A stretch of 64,000 nt of DNA from an uncultured bacterium (GCA_947085985.1 CAMTYL010000004.1:61547-125546); one strand, 5' to 3'; counted from the first letter of the stretch, positions 19,263 to 29,199 are shown. Numbers and translations are program-made. The notes: generated by a model not told the origin, from the sequence alone.

Positions 19263-19652
19263 TTACCAAATCTTGAAGAGCTCTTCCCCACCAACATGGA
19301 GTCGGCGTGCCTCGCGATCAGAGAGGATTCCCTTTGGCGTAGACATGATGCGGGCACCCACACCGTTCTTAACGCTGTGTGTATCGTCTGCACCTGCGTA
19401 GAGGCGGCGTCCTGGCTTTGATACGCGCTTTACGTCAGTAATCTTACTGTCGCCAGCATCGTTCAGTGCAAGCTGTACTTCAAAACTGTACGGCACCTTG
19501 CTCTTTCCTACTTCAGAAAGGTAGCCAAGCTCCTTAAGCTTGTAGGCGATAGCCTCTACGTGCTTTGAATACGGCACCACAACAGTGTGCTTGCCGATTG
19601 CGCCAGCATTCTTGAGGCGAATAATGAAGTCTCCTACGCGGTCAGTTACCAT
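19263..19652 (-). CDS. rpsH: 30S ribosomal protein uS8
   Basis: TDRVGDFIIRLKNA, RVSKPGRR, GGEE. Confidence 0.97.
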   Translation of the reverse strand: MVTDRVGDFIIRLKNAGAIGKHTVVVPYSKHVEAIAYKLKELGYLSEVGKSKVPYSFEVQLALNDAGDSKITDVKRVSKPGRRLYAGADDTHSVKNGVGARIMSTPKGILSDREARRLHVGGEELFKIW

Positions 19653-19663
19653 AGTACGAAAAA

Positions 19664-19933
19664 TTACCAAGAAGCTTTCTTAACGCCAGGAATCTTTCCC
19701 TCGCGAGCGAGCTCGCGGAACTGGATGCGAGAAAGACCGAATGCGCGCATGTAGCCACGAGGGCGACCAGTGACGACGCAGCGATTCTTCACACGAACAG
19801 GGGAAGAATTCTTTGGCAGCTTCTGTAGACCCTCCCAGTCACCCGCAAGCTTTAAAGCCGCACGCTTTGCAGCGTACTTGAGCGTTAGCTTCGCCTTCTT
19901 GGCGTTGCGAGCGATTTGAGAGGTTTTTGCCAT
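19664..19933 (-). CDS. rpsN: 30S ribosomal protein uS14 (long, zinc-independent form)
   Basis: [14 protein letters not shown]...IPGVKKASW; only one Cys. Confidence 0.97.
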   Translation of the reverse strand: MAKTSQIARNAKKAKLTLKYAAKRAALKLAGDWEGLQKLPKNSSPVRVKNRCVVTGRPRGYMRAFGLSRIQFRELAREGKIPGVKKASW

Positions 19934-19962
19934 AAAAAATAGCTCCGGAGAGCCGTTCATGT

Positions 19963-19991
19963 AATCTATCAGTAAGTATATAGGCTGTCAA
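19963..19991 (-). promoter_or_regulatory. sigma70 promoter restarting the spc operon at rpsN
   Basis: TTGACA-17-TAGATT. Confidence 0.75.
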
Positions 19992-20074
19992 ATAAGGGAC
20001 GAGCTGATATGACAAATGCCCGGCGCCACAGATGAGAATCTGCAGCACCGGGCCCGTATGCCCAGGAAATGGCT

Positions 20075-20572
20075 CTACAGCAGGCTGAAAATCAGCTTGC
20101 GTTCCGGTTCCCAGACCCGTTGCGGATCGAGGCGCCGCGCATACAGCCACCGAATTCCGCGCTCCTCCGCCACCACCAGGTGATGGGGCTGATCGTTGCC
20201 GTCGAGGACCGGCTCGGTGTAGACCACGCCGGCAAGCTGCGTACCCTTCGGCGCCGCCCACAGGTCAAGAGCGAACGCCAGAGAGAGAGGCTTGGCGCCC
20301 ATCTTCGAAAGCTGGCCGAGGACGGCCGTTTCGCGGACGGGAACACCGTGCTTGAATCCGAGGTGCGCCAGCGTGACCTGGCCAACCAGGCCCTTGTGCT
20401 CGTAGACCGCGAGACAGCCCTTCGTCTCGCTGCTGGCCAAAGTCGCCAGCAACTTGCGGGCGTGCTCGTCCATCTGATGACTCGGGTCAGCGAACGCGAG
20501 GAAGTGGGACACGTGGTCCATGTTGCTTTCCAGCGAGTAACGAACGCGCGGAATATCGAGAATGTCCCCCAT
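20075..20572 (-). CDS. orphan hypothetical inserted between rplE and rpsN
   Basis: AAGGAGG SD before ATG, GC-rich codon usage. Confidence 0.75.
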   Translation of the reverse strand: MGDILDIPRVRYSLESNMDHVSHFLAFADPSHQMDEHARKLLATLASSETKGCLAVYEHKGLVGQVTLAHLGFKHGVPVRETAVLGQLSKMGAKPLSLAFALDLWAAPKGTQLAGVVYTEPVLDGNDQPHHLVVAEERGIRWLYARRLDPQRVWEPERKLIFSLL

Positions 20573-20646
20573 AGGGCCTCCTTACTGAGCAGAGGTGCGG
20601 AATGCACCAATGAACTCCTCCTCTCTGGATACCACGAAATGCATAA

Positions 20647-20679
20647 AAGTAAAACCCCGGCACTGCCGGGGTTTTACTT
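20647..20679 (-). terminator. terminator after rplE
   Basis: aagtaaaaccccggca-c-tgccggggttttactt. Confidence 0.8.
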
Positions 20680-20693
20680 GTAAGAAATGCTAC

Positions 20694-21230
20694 TTACGCA
20701 GTCTTAATCGGAAGCCCAAGCATACGAAGGAATGCCTCTGCCTCTTCCTTGGTCTTTGCGGTTGTCACAAAGGTGATAGCAAGACCAAATACGTCCTTCA
20801 AGTCCTCTTCTGAGGTCTCAGGGAAGATGGTGTGGTCCTTGATACCGATGGTGTAGTTGCCCATCTCATCAAACGACCCAGCAGAAAGTCCACGGAAGTC
20901 GCGCGTACGAGGAAGTGCAATGTGAATCAGCTTGTCCACGAAGTGGAACATGCGTGTTGAACGAAGCGTCACCTGGTAACCTACGATTTCACCCTGACGC
21001 ATCTTGAACTGTGCAATTGACTGCTTAGACGCACGCGGCGCAGCCTTCTGGCCCGTAATGCGAGCAAGACGCCCTTCAATAAGAGTCTTTCGGTTCTTGT
21101 CAGCCTTTCCTACTCCCGTAGAAACCACCACCTTTACAAGGCGTGGAGATGAGAACACGTTGGTGTATCCGAAACGCTCCTTAAGCGTATCAAATGCCTT
21201 GCTCTGCTTTTCTTTAGTAATCATTGTCAT
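20694..21230 (-). CDS. rplE: 50S ribosomal protein uL5
   Basis: ITGQK, LPRTRDFRG, GNYTIG, IFPE. Confidence 0.97.
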   Translation of the reverse strand: MTMITKEKQSKAFDTLKERFGYTNVFSSPRLVKVVVSTGVGKADKNRKTLIEGRLARITGQKAAPRASKQSIAQFKMRQGEIVGYQVTLRSTRMFHFVDKLIHIALPRTRDFRGLSAGSFDEMGNYTIGIKDHTIFPETSEEDLKDVFGLAITFVTTAKTKEEAEAFLRMLGLPIKTA

Positions 21231-21241
21231 AAATACGGTGG

Positions 21242-21586
21242 TTACGCGAGTTTGGTGCCGCTCTTTACGGTGACACGGGTACGCTTTCCATCAATCTCTT
21301 CGCGCTTTACGCGAGTACCCTTCTTCTCCTTTGGGTCATAGACCATCACATTTGAGATAGCCATAGCGCGTGGGCGCTCTACGATGCGGCCAGACTGACC
21401 ACGGCCAGTACCACGAAGGTGGCGCTTTACGATAGCTGCGCCCTCTACTACTACCTTAGCCTCAAGCGGAATAACACGCTCAACAACGCCGGTCTTACCC
21501 TTGTCCTTTCCAGAGATAACGAGAACCGTATCTCCCTTCTTGATCTTAAACTTTGCGGTCTGCTGACCCATGCTTGCCTTTGACAT
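21242..21586 (-). CDS. rplX: 50S ribosomal protein uL24
   Basis: IKKGDTVLVISGKDKGKTG. Confidence 0.97.
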   Translation of the reverse strand: MSKASMGQQTAKFKIKKGDTVLVISGKDKGKTGVVERVIPLEAKVVVEGAAIVKRHLRGTGRGQSGRIVERPRAMAISNVMVYDPKEKKGTRVKREEIDGKRTRVTVKSGTKLA

Positions 21587-21597
21587 ATAGATAGAGG

Positions 21598-21975
21598 TTA
21601 TACAACTTCAGGCGCAATAGACGCAATGTTCTGCCATCCGCGCTCTACAAGGTCGCGCGGTACTGGACCAAACACACGGTTACCCTTGGGGCCCATTTCC
21701 TTACCCTGCTTCTCAATAAGCACGACTGCGTTGTCATCAAAACGCACGTAGATACCAGATGCGCGACGGAAGGCCTTCTTCTGGCGCACCACCACAGCCT
21801 TGTAGATGTCCTTCTTTTTTACTGCCTTGCGTGGCTCTGCGGTCTGGACTGATACCACAACCACGTCGCCAATCTCAGCGTAGCGGCGCTTTGAACCACC
21901 AAGCACCTTGAACACGCGCGCAATCTTTGCGCCTGAGTTGTCTGCAACGGTGACGATACTTTGTGGCTGTAGCAT
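21598..21975 (-). CDS. rplN: 50S ribosomal protein uL14
   Basis: VADNSGAK, RFDDNAVVL. Confidence 0.98.
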   Translation of the reverse strand: MLQPQSIVTVADNSGAKIARVFKVLGGSKRRYAEIGDVVVVSVQTAEPRKAVKKKDIYKAVVVRQKKAFRRASGIYVRFDDNAVVLIEKQGKEMGPKGNRVFGPVPRDLVERGWQNIASIAPEVV

Positions 21976-21986
21976 AAATAATAGAG

Positions 21987-22229
21987 TTACTTGGCGATTT
22001 TGAATGACTTACGCTTTGAGATAGGTGCGCAGGCCACGATGGTAACCTTGTCCCCTTCCTTTGCGGTGTTGCCCTCGTCGTGCACGAGGAACTTCTTGGT
22101 CTTCACCTGGAACTTCTTGTACTTCGGGTGCATGACGTAGCGAGATACCGCAACGGTAGCCGTGTCCTTCATTGCCGTCTTTACAACGACTCCCTCAAAA
22201 TGCTGTGGCTGTGTGGTGGTCTTTTCCAT
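21987..22229 (-). CDS. rpsQ: 30S ribosomal protein uS17
   Basis: HPKYKK, HDEGN, PISKRK. Confidence 0.97.
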   Translation of the reverse strand: MEKTTTQPQHFEGVVVKTAMKDTATVAVSRYVMHPKYKKFQVKTKKFLVHDEGNTAKEGDKVTIVACAPISKRKSFKIAK

Positions 22230-22234
22230 AATAA

Positions 22235-22429
22235 TTAGTTGGTCTTCTGTGCGGTCATCTGGGTCAAGATGCGTGCGATGTCCTTGCGAGTCTTCTTTGG
22301 GAGAGACGCATCTGCTGGGCGAGCGCCTGCCGCTGCAAAGCGAAGCTTGCGAAGCTCTTCACGCTTCTCTCCAAGGAGTAGAGCGAGCTCTTCGGCGGTC
22401 TTTTCGGTTAGGGTGAGTTTCTTAGACAT
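22235..22429 (-). CDS. rpmC: 50S ribosomal protein uL29
   Basis: LRKLRF...RKDIARILT; synteny. Confidence 0.93.
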   Translation of the reverse strand: MSKKLTLTEKTAEELALLLGEKREELRKLRFAAAGARPADASLPKKTRKDIARILTQMTAQKTN

Positions 22430-22439
22430 ACGCAAAGAG

Positions 22440-22859
22440 TTAGCGGGTTACAACGGTTGTCTTCATAGGAAGCTTTGCGCCAGCACGACGGATGGCATCA
22501 CGTGCCTTCACGTCCTCTACGCCATCCATCTCAAAGAGTACGCGTCCTGGGCGAACCTCAAAGACGAAGCCCTTCGGGTCTCCCTTACCCTTACCCATGC
22601 CCACCTCAGCTGGCTTTGCAGTCACCGGGCGGTCTGGGAATACGCGAATCCACATCTTGCCGGTCTTGCCACATGCACGAGAGAGCACCTTACGGGCAGC
22701 CTCAATCTGATTGCTGGTGATGCGTCCTGGTGTGGTCGCCTTCATTGCGTATGAACCAAATGACACAGTGATGCCACGAGTATCAGGGCGCGCGAGCTTC
22801 TCTGGACTCTTTCGTCCAGTCTGCCACTTGCGGTGTTTTACTTTCTTAGGGAACAACAT
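22440..22859 (-). CDS. rplP: 50S ribosomal protein uL16
   Basis: MLFPKKVKHRK, WIRVFPD, GMGKGKG. Confidence 0.98.
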   Translation of the reverse strand: MLFPKKVKHRKWQTGRKSPEKLARPDTRGITVSFGSYAMKATTPGRITSNQIEAARKVLSRACGKTGKMWIRVFPDRPVTAKPAEVGMGKGKGDPKGFVFEVRPGRVLFEMDGVEDVKARDAIRRAGAKLPMKTTVVTR

Positions 22860-22865
22860 ACGCGT

Positions 22866-23558
22866 TTATTTAGACTGAGCGTTACGAGGAGCGGTTGCAG
22901 ACTCTGCGAAGGTCTCGCCAAGGTAGATCCACACCTTAATACCAATCACACCGTACGGAAGGTATGCACGCTCCTGAGCGTAATCAATGTTTGCACGGAA
23001 GGTCTGAAGTGGAATACGTCCCTTCTTAATCTGCTCGGTGCGGCTCATGTCGGCTCCTCCGAGGCGGCCAGACACTACAATGCGCACACCCACTACCTCG
23101 CGAACAGACATTACCTTTTCAACCGTTGACTTCAGAACACGGCGGAAGGTCATGCGCTTCTCAAGACCCTCAGCGACCATGTACGCAACAATTGCGGCAC
23201 TGGTCTCTGGCTGACGAATTTCAATGATGTCCAGCTTTACTGCGCGACCATGAAGCGGTGATGCTTTGCGAACAACGGTGGTTAGTTCTGCGCGAAGTTT
23301 GGTAGCGTTCTCACCTGAGCGACCGATAACGAGACCTGGGCGAGCCGTGTGAAGAATCACACGGATTTCAGCAGCTGAGCGCTCAATCTCAATATCGGCA
23401 ACGTGCATTGAGCGAAGGCGCTTCTTCAAAAAGCCACGGATAGCAGCATCCACCGCAATGTTCTCGCGGTAACTCTTCTTATCTGCAGCAAACCAGCGAC
23501 TCTTCCAGTCGCGAATGATGCCGAGGCGGTGTGCGTAAGGATGTACGGTGTGTGTCAT
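22866..23558 (-). CDS. rpsC: 30S ribosomal protein uS3
   Basis: RLGIIRDWKSRW, GRIPLQTFRANIDY. Confidence 0.98.
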   Translation of the reverse strand: MTHTVHPYAHRLGIIRDWKSRWFAADKKSYRENIAVDAAIRGFLKKRLRSMHVADIEIERSAAEIRVILHTARPGLVIGRSGENATKLRAELTTVVRKASPLHGRAVKLDIIEIRQPETSAAIVAYMVAEGLEKRMTFRRVLKSTVEKVMSVREVVGVRIVVSGRLGGADMSRTEQIKKGRIPLQTFRANIDYAQERAYLPYGVIGIKVWIYLGETFAESATAPRNAQSK

Positions 23559-23566
23559 GGTAAAAA

Positions 23567-23974
23567 TTATGCACTTGGCACAGATGGATTCTCTACAGAA
23601 AGAGTAACGATAACGTTACTACGGCGCTTGCGAATAGGAGCAGCACGTCCCATAGCGCGCGGCATGTACTTCTTAATCATGCCCGCACTGTTCACCTGAA
23701 TGTTAGCCACGCGAAGTGAGTCCTTGTCCTCTCCCTTAGCAACACCGTTAGCGACAGCACTCTCAATAAGCTTCTTGATAGGAAGCGCTGCGCGCTTTGG
23801 AAGGAACGAAAGCGCTGCTACTGCGTCAGCAACCTTCTTGCCCTTTACCATGTCGGTCACCAGGCGAACCTTGCGTGGAGACTGGTTATAGGTAGCAAGC
23901 TCGGCCTTGATTGCCTTCTTCTGCTCTGCCTTACGAATTGCAGCGGGTGCCTTGTGTGTGCCAGTAGATGCCAT
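23567..23974 (-). CDS. rplV: 50S ribosomal protein uL22
   Basis: SPRKVRLV, PRAMGRA. Confidence 0.97.
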   Translation of the reverse strand: MASTGTHKAPAAIRKAEQKKAIKAELATYNQSPRKVRLVTDMVKGKKVADAVAALSFLPKRAALPIKKLIESAVANGVAKGEDKDSLRVANIQVNSAGMIKKYMPRAMGRAAPIRKRRSNVIVTLSVENPSVPSA

Positions 23975-23980
23975 AGTAGA

Positions 23981-24328
23981 TTATTTCTTCTTAGGAGCGG
24001 CAGGGGCTGCCTTTGCAGCCTTAGCTGCTGCAATCTCAGCAGCCTGCTTCTTCTGCTCAAGCTGCTTCTGCATCTTACCTCCGTGACGGACGAACTTCTT
24101 GGTTGAAGAGAATTCGCCAAGCTTGTGGCCCACCATGTCCTCGGTGACGAGTACGTCTATGTGGCTCTTGCCGTTGTGCACCCCGAAGGTGAATCCAACG
24201 AACTCAGGCGCAATCTGACTGTTGCGCGCCCATGTCTTAATAGAGGCCGTATCAGACGGCTTTTTGCCATCAACCTTCTTAAGAAGCTTGATGTCGACGT
24301 ATGGGCCTTTTTTAAGTGAGCGTGACAT
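23981..24328 (-). CDS. rpsS: 30S ribosomal protein uS19
   Basis: [21 protein letters not shown]. Confidence 0.98.
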   Translation of the reverse strand: MSRSLKKGPYVDIKLLKKVDGKKPSDTASIKTWARNSQIAPEFVGFTFGVHNGKSHIDVLVTEDMVGHKLGEFSSTKKFVRHGGKMQKQLEQKKQAAEIAAAKAAKAAPAAPKKK

Positions 24329-24366
24329 AGATAGACAATGGAAAGCCCGCCAAGCGGGATAGGTAA

Positions 24367-24395
24367 AATCTATATTAAAGCTGGCCTGGTGTCAA
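24367..24395 (-). promoter_or_regulatory. sigma70 promoter restarting the S10 operon at rpsS
   Basis: TTGACA-17-TAGATT, the same boxes as the rpsN promoter. Confidence 0.75.
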
Positions 24396-24462
24396 ACTTT
24401 GGGTGTTGTGGTAGGGTGCTGGCAGGTGTTCAAATGCTAGATGATCTACTGGAGGTCAAGTT

Positions 24463-24915
24463 ATGACGATGGTTCCCGTTGTTGAATTGCGCGTCTGGAC
24501 GCGCTATCCGGGCCAGTTCAGAGGCCAGGTGCCTGTTAGAGACCGTGCCAGCTATATGCTGACGGACCCCACCGGTCACCTTTCTGCTCTTATCAAAAGG
24601 AGCGAAGAGCTGACCAAGCAATGCGCTAAAAACAGCTTGCGGACGGACTTTCTCCCCTCCTTGAGGGCGAAGTGGCTGGCCTGGGCATCAAAGCGACTCA
24701 TCAAGAGGCTTGCTTCGCGCACCAAAAGGGCGCTCAGCCAGCTAGTGGTCACAAGCAATAAGTCTGCCAGGGTACTGGAGAGCCATGAAAAGCACCGTGT
24801 TGTGCAAAGCATGGACAGGGCCGTGAGATTGGACTTTGTTGCTTACCAGGCTAAGGAGCCTTTTGACGGAGAAACCCTTCTCTTGGTGGCATACGCAAGT
24901 ACCGTCCTAAAATAA
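24463..24915 (+). CDS. orphan hypothetical protein
   Basis: GGAGG SD; hairpin 24924-24948 after the stop. Confidence 0.6.
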   Translation: MTMVPVVELRVWTRYPGQFRGQVPVRDRASYMLTDPTGHLSALIKRSEELTKQCAKNSLRTDFLPSLRAKWLAWASKRLIKRLASRTKRALSQLVVTSNKSARVLESHEKHRVVQSMDRAVRLDFVAYQAKEPFDGETLLLVAYASTVLK

Positions 24916-24982
24916 GCCCACCCCGGACCCTGCACCATGCAGGGTCCGCGCTTATTAAGGATGGGGGAGTATACTTTCTTAT

Positions 24983-25795
24983 ATGACCGACCGCATAAAG
25001 TACTTCCTTCCCGCAGCAATCTTACTCGTAATTCTCTTGGGCGGTGTCGTTTGGTACATGATGAGCACTCCCGCTCCTACACCAAATTTTGGTACTGACA
25101 CACCAGCTGCCGCCACAGAACCCGTCACCGTCACGGATGAAGCCACCTACTACACCGTAAGGGCGCTGTACCCGAGTGAAACACCCCTTAAAGCTTCTGC
25201 AGGGGCACAGGCCGACCAGACAGCTGTTTCAGTCATGAAGACCTTCGTAGAGCAAGAAATTGCCCGGTTCAAAGACAACGGGAACTTTGCGAACCTATCG
25301 CACGACGATGTGCAGATGTTGGGGCTCGATCAGCGCAAGTATGAGCTGGATCTTGAGTACACTACACATGCTGGTAACGCGACACTCACCTATGTGTACC
25401 AAATGTACATGGATACGGGTGGAGCCCATCCAAATGTGTTTTACCGAACCTTTACTTTTGATGTAAAGACGGGAGCCCAGCTCAGCATGCACGACCTCTT
25501 TGCGGAAGATGCGCCTTACCTTGAGACTCTCTCTACCCTCTCGCGCAGCAAACTGCCTGCGTTTATGGCTGCGCGTAGCGGCGTAGCGGTAAGCGAAGTA
25601 GATACCGACTACATCGCGAGCGGCACCATGGCTGTGGAGGACGCGTTCCAAAACTTCTACTTCAAGGACGGAAACTTGGTACTCCTCTTCCCTCCCTACC
25701 AAATCGGCCCGTATGTTCTGGGCATGATTGAACTTCCTATTCCAGTGTCAGAACTTTCAGATCTACGCGTTGAGTACAAAAATAGTGCCCGTTAA
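24983..25795 (+). CDS. RsiV/DUF3298-like membrane-anchored protein
   Basis: TGGAHPN, NFYF...FPPYQIGPY motifs; TATACT just before ATG. Confidence 0.85.
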   Translation: MTDRIKYFLPAAILLVILLGGVVWYMMSTPAPTPNFGTDTPAAATEPVTVTDEATYYTVRALYPSETPLKASAGAQADQTAVSVMKTFVEQEIARFKDNGNFANLSHDDVQMLGLDQRKYELDLEYTTHAGNATLTYVYQMYMDTGGAHPNVFYRTFTFDVKTGAQLSMHDLFAEDAPYLETLSTLSRSKLPAFMAARSGVAVSEVDTDYIASGTMAVEDAFQNFYFKDGNLVLLFPPYQIGPYVLGMIELPIPVSELSDLRVEYKNSAR

Positions 25796-25870
25796 CAGCT
25801 TACTCTTTACGTGCACTACTGCGCTTTATTTGCTAGGGTTACGGCAGGTGAACAGAAGGGGGAAACCCAA

Positions 25871-26089
25871 ATGTGTGAAGCTTGCGGCCCCAGTAGCGGG
25901 GTACCCGAACGAATAAGCCCGGAGCTTATGGAGCGGTTCCGAGAAATCGGCCGTCAGGAAGCTGCCCGTCGCGGCATCACAGAGGAGGAGTATCTGGATG
26001 CCAACGTCACGGTGAGCCCGCCAAACCGCCTTATGGCGTGGCTGCGGGAAGCCTGGACCAACATCCAGCTCTTGAAGCCGTGGCTCTAA
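25871..26089 (+). CDS. small orphan protein (MCEACG...)
   Basis: AAGGGGG SD, ATG at 25871, hairpin 26103-26124. Confidence 0.6.
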   Translation: MCEACGPSSGVPERISPELMERFREIGRQEAARRGITEEEYLDANVTVSPPNRLMAWLREAWTNIQLLKPWL

Positions 26090-26145
26090 GACCACGCAAG
26101 TGGGGCCCGTCGCGAGACGGGCCCTTCGTGTGCCTGGAGTATAAA

Positions 26146-26175
26146 CAAAAAGCCGCTCGTTGGAGCGGCTTTTTG
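26146..26175. terminator. bidirectional terminator (3' side of rplB)
   Basis: caaaaagccgctc...gagcggctttttg. Confidence 0.8.
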
Positions 26176-26180
26176 CTAGG

Positions 26181-26297
26181 GAGCAGAAAATTGCTGCAGA
26201 TGCTAGGCGCGAGGAGGAAATTTCTGGAGGCGTACTGGCAGTACGACGGAAGAAATTTCTGAACTCGCAACAACGCAGATGTAGTAATTTTGTGCTC
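26181..26297 (+). repeat. structured intergenic element, copy C
   Basis: gagcagaaaattgctgc AGATGCTAGGCGCGAG...CGTAC-tggca-GTACG...CTCGCAACAACGCAGATG tagtaattttgtgctc. Confidence 0.85.
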
Positions 26298-26301
26298 ACT
26301 A

Positions 26302-27147
26302 CTACCCCTTCTTGCCGACTTTGCGACGAGAAACAATATGCTTGTTTGAGTACTTCTTCGGAGTACGAGTCTTCTGACCCTTGCCGGTTGGCTTACCCCA
26401 CATGCTCTTGGCACGGCGGAGTCCGCGTCCCTGCTTACCTTCTCCACCTCCGTGTGGGTGATCAACTGGGTTCATCGCAGTACCGCGAACAGTAGGACGG
26501 ATGCCGAGCCAGCGGCTGCGACCTGCCTTACCAAAGTTAGCTAGGCGCTGCTCCTCGTTGCCAACCGCACCGATAGATGCCCAGCAGAGCTCGTTGACCT
26601 TGCGTACTTCAGACGAAGGAAGCTTGATCTGCGCGTAGCCAGCGTCGTGAGCTACTACTTCAGCGTAGTTTCCGGCAGAGCGTACAAGACGTGCACCTGC
26701 TCCTGGCTGCAGCTCAATGTTGTAGATAAAGGTTCCGGAAGGAATCTTTCCAAGGGGAAGACGGTTTCCGGTCTTGATCGGTGCTGCCTCTCCTACAAGG
26801 AACGTGTCTCCAACCTTCATATCCTTTGGTGCAAGCACGTAGCGGCGCTCTCCATCAGCAAATACGGTGAGTGCGATGAATGCAGTTCGGTATGGATCGT
26901 ACTCAATTGTCTCAATACGTGCAGGAATGTTCTTCTTGTCGTACTTGAAATCAATATCACGAAGCAAGCGCTTGTGACCACCTCCCTGGTGACGCACGGT
27001 AATGCGTCCAGAGTTGTTGCGTCCACCCTGACGCTTCTTGTGTGAGGTAAGTGCCTTGTGTGGCTTCACACCCGGAGTGAGTACGCCACGGTACGTGACA
27101 ACACTCATCTGGCGGCGACTCTTGGATGTTGGTTTGTAAGTCTTCAT
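26302..27147 (-). CDS. rplB: 50S ribosomal protein uL2
   Basis: GRITVRHQGGG, MNPVDHPHGGGEG. Confidence 0.99.
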   Translation of the reverse strand: MKTYKPTSKSRRQMSVVTYRGVLTPGVKPHKALTSHKKRQGGRNNSGRITVRHQGGGHKRLLRDIDFKYDKKNIPARIETIEYDPYRTAFIALTVFADGERRYVLAPKDMKVGDTFLVGEAAPIKTGNRLPLGKIPSGTFIYNIELQPGAGARLVRSAGNYAEVVAHDAGYAQIKLPSSEVRKVNELCWASIGAVGNEEQRLANFGKAGRSRWLGIRPTVRGTAMNPVDHPHGGGEGKQGRGLRRAKSMWGKPTGKGQKTRTPKKYSNKHIVSRRKVGKKG

Positions 27148-27158
27148 ACGTAAATGGG

Positions 27159-27524
27159 CTATGCGAAGCTGATGGTGTCTCCCTTCTTGAGAGTCACATA
27201 CGCCTTGTGGCGACGGCTACGTGTTCCTACTCCACGACGTGAGCGAAGTGAAACAGTCTTTGCAGGAAGGTTCACAAGACGAACCTGAGCAGGTACCACG
27301 CCATATGCCTTCTCAATTGCGTTTGCAATGTCGGTAGAGGTTGCAGCTGGAAGCACCTCAAAGGTGTATACGCCGTTCTCGGTACCAATAAGCGCCTTCT
27401 CGCTGAACCATGGGCGCTTTAGTACGTTTGCAAGACGTGCATCGTCAGCAGCAAGTACACCGCGAGCCTTTGCAGGCGCCGCCTTCTTGGTTGTCTTCTT
27501 TGAGTTAGAGGAAAAGAGTGCCAT
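27159..27524 (-). CDS. rplW: 50S ribosomal protein uL23
   Basis: PWFSEKA, KAYVTLKKG; synteny. Confidence 0.95.
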   Translation of the reverse strand: MALFSSNSKKTTKKAAPAKARGVLAADDARLANVLKRPWFSEKALIGTENGVYTFEVLPAATSTDIANAIEKAYGVVPAQVRLVNLPAKTVSLRSRRGVGTRSRRHKAYVTLKKGDTISFA

Positions 27525-27535
27525 ACGTAATTCTG

Positions 27536-28288
27536 TTATGCCTTCTCTGCAGAAGCAGTCTTCTTCCCGAGGCGAAGCTGTAGAAGTGCGAACGCCTCTG
27601 TTGGGTTCTCGATAATGAGGTAGCGCTTGGTTACGAGGTCTACCGGGTTTAGGTTGCGCACCTCCTCAAGGGTGAGGCTGCCAATGTTGCGAAGAGACTT
27701 CTCAGCAACAAGGTCCTTCTTTGAGAAAGCGATAACCGCTGCGTTCTTGCGCTTGGTTGCAAGGTCCGCCTTGCCTGACGCGGTTGCTACTGCAACGATA
27801 GCTGCCTTTGCCTCCTTGGTGCTTGGCGCTGCGAAACCGAGCTTGTCTACGAAGATAACCTCACCATCGCGGTGCTTGCGTGAGAGAATCGTTGCGAGTG
27901 CAGCGATACGCATCTTGCGGTTAATCTTTACAGAGTAATCCTTCTCAGCGCGTGGACCGTGGGTCACACCTCCTCCGCGCCAAATTGGAGAGCGAGTAGA
28001 GCCGTGACGAGCGCGACCTGTACCCTTCTGCTTCCATGGCTTCTTGCCACCTCCTGCTACTTCTCCACGGAACTTTGTGTGCGCAGTCACCGGGCGAGCG
28101 TTTGCCTGCATACCGGTTACCACCTGGTGTACGAGGTCAGAGTTCCAAGACACACCGAAGAGCTCCTCTGGAAGCTTGATTGTCCCAGCTGATGCACCAG
28201 CGACGGTGTACATAGTTGCCTCCATAGAAACAGCTTCTGCCTTCTTTGGAGCGACCTTCTTCGTGGTTGTTTTCTTTGCAGTTGCCAT
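27536..28288 (-). CDS. rplD: 50S ribosomal protein uL4
   Basis: KKPWKQKGTGRARHGS. Confidence 0.98.
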   Translation of the reverse strand: MATAKKTTTKKVAPKKAEAVSMEATMYTVAGASAGTIKLPEELFGVSWNSDLVHQVVTGMQANARPVTAHTKFRGEVAGGGKKPWKQKGTGRARHGSTRSPIWRGGGVTHGPRAEKDYSVKINRKMRIAALATILSRKHRDGEVIFVDKLGFAAPSTKEAKAAIVAVATASGKADLATKRKNAAVIAFSKKDLVAEKSLRNIGSLTLEEVRNLNPVDLVTKRYLIIENPTEAFALLQLRLGKKTASAEKA

Positions 28289-28299
28289 ACGTATCAAAA

Positions 28300-28914
28300 T
28301 TATGCAGAAATGATCTCCACGAGTGCACCCGGAGCGCCTGGAATAGCGCCAGAGATAATCATCTCTCCGGTAGCAGCGTTTACCTTCAAGACCTTTAGGT
28401 TCTTGATGGTTACACGGTCGTTACCCATGCGTCCTGCCATGCGCATACCCTTAGCGACGCGTCCTCCGGCGCGACCTCCTCCTCCGATGGAACCAGCCTC
28501 GCGCTCAGAGTGCTTCTGACCGTGTGAGCGGCGTCCTCCATGGAAGCCGTGGCGCTTAACCACACCAGCAAATCCGTGACCCTTAGAGGTAGAAGAGATA
28601 ACAACGGTGTCACCCTCAGCAAATACGTCAGCCTTGATTTCGCTTCCAACGGTTAGGTCGCCTGCCTCAGTCTTGAATTCCTTTAGGAAACGGTATGCCT
28701 TGCCCTTGGTGTGACCAAGCTGTGGCTTTGCTACACGGCTTTCCTTCTGCTCTCCAAAAGCAACCTGCACAGCAGCGTATCCATCCTTACCAGCAGCCTC
28801 CTTCACCTGTGTGACCACAACAGGACCTGCCTGTACGACAGTTCCAGCGTATACACGACCAGACTCATCAAAAATCTGAGTCATGCGGCCTTTACGAGCG
28901 AGGATGAATTTCAT
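28300..28914 (-). CDS. rplC: 50S ribosomal protein uL3
   Basis: KGRMTQIF, DGYAAVQ, SKGHGFAG, GRMG. Confidence 0.98.
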   Translation of the reverse strand: MKFILARKGRMTQIFDESGRVYAGTVVQAGPVVVTQVKEAAGKDGYAAVQVAFGEQKESRVAKPQLGHTKGKAYRFLKEFKTEAGDLTVGSEIKADVFAEGDTVVISSTSKGHGFAGVVKRHGFHGGRRSHGQKHSEREAGSIGGGGRAGGRVAKGMRMAGRMGNDRVTIKNLKVLKVNAATGEMIISGAIPGAPGALVEIISA

Positions 28915-29103
28915 GAGGTAAAAATAAATCGCGCTAACACGTAGCGCGAGGTCGCTCAAAAGCGACTTCGGCTAGTGGTCTACCGCCCAAATGACGGTGT
29001 ACATAGCAACTCAAGGACTATACAGGGTCTGTCTCTGGAATGCAACTTTCCATGCTATATTCGCAGGTGTCAGGGTTGCCTGACGGAAAGGAACGGTAAG
29101 CCC

Positions 29104-29199
29104 ATGTGGGAAATCACTTTCGGAGATGGGGGTTCCGACGGCCTGAAGCAGGGCGACGGTGGAACCACCATCATCGGAGACGGCGGCACCAAGATCTAG
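29104..29199 (+). CDS. 31-aa peptide with three GDGG repeats
   Basis: TGCTATATT extended -10, AAAGGA SD-like motif, hairpin 29219-29246 downstream. Confidence 0.5.
   Translation: MWEITFGDGGSDGLKQGDGGTTIIGDGGTKI

Noticed and set aside
20069-20683. + strand 204-aa ORF
   Set aside because: It is an antisense shadow of the SD-led 20075-20572 gene and runs into a terminator.
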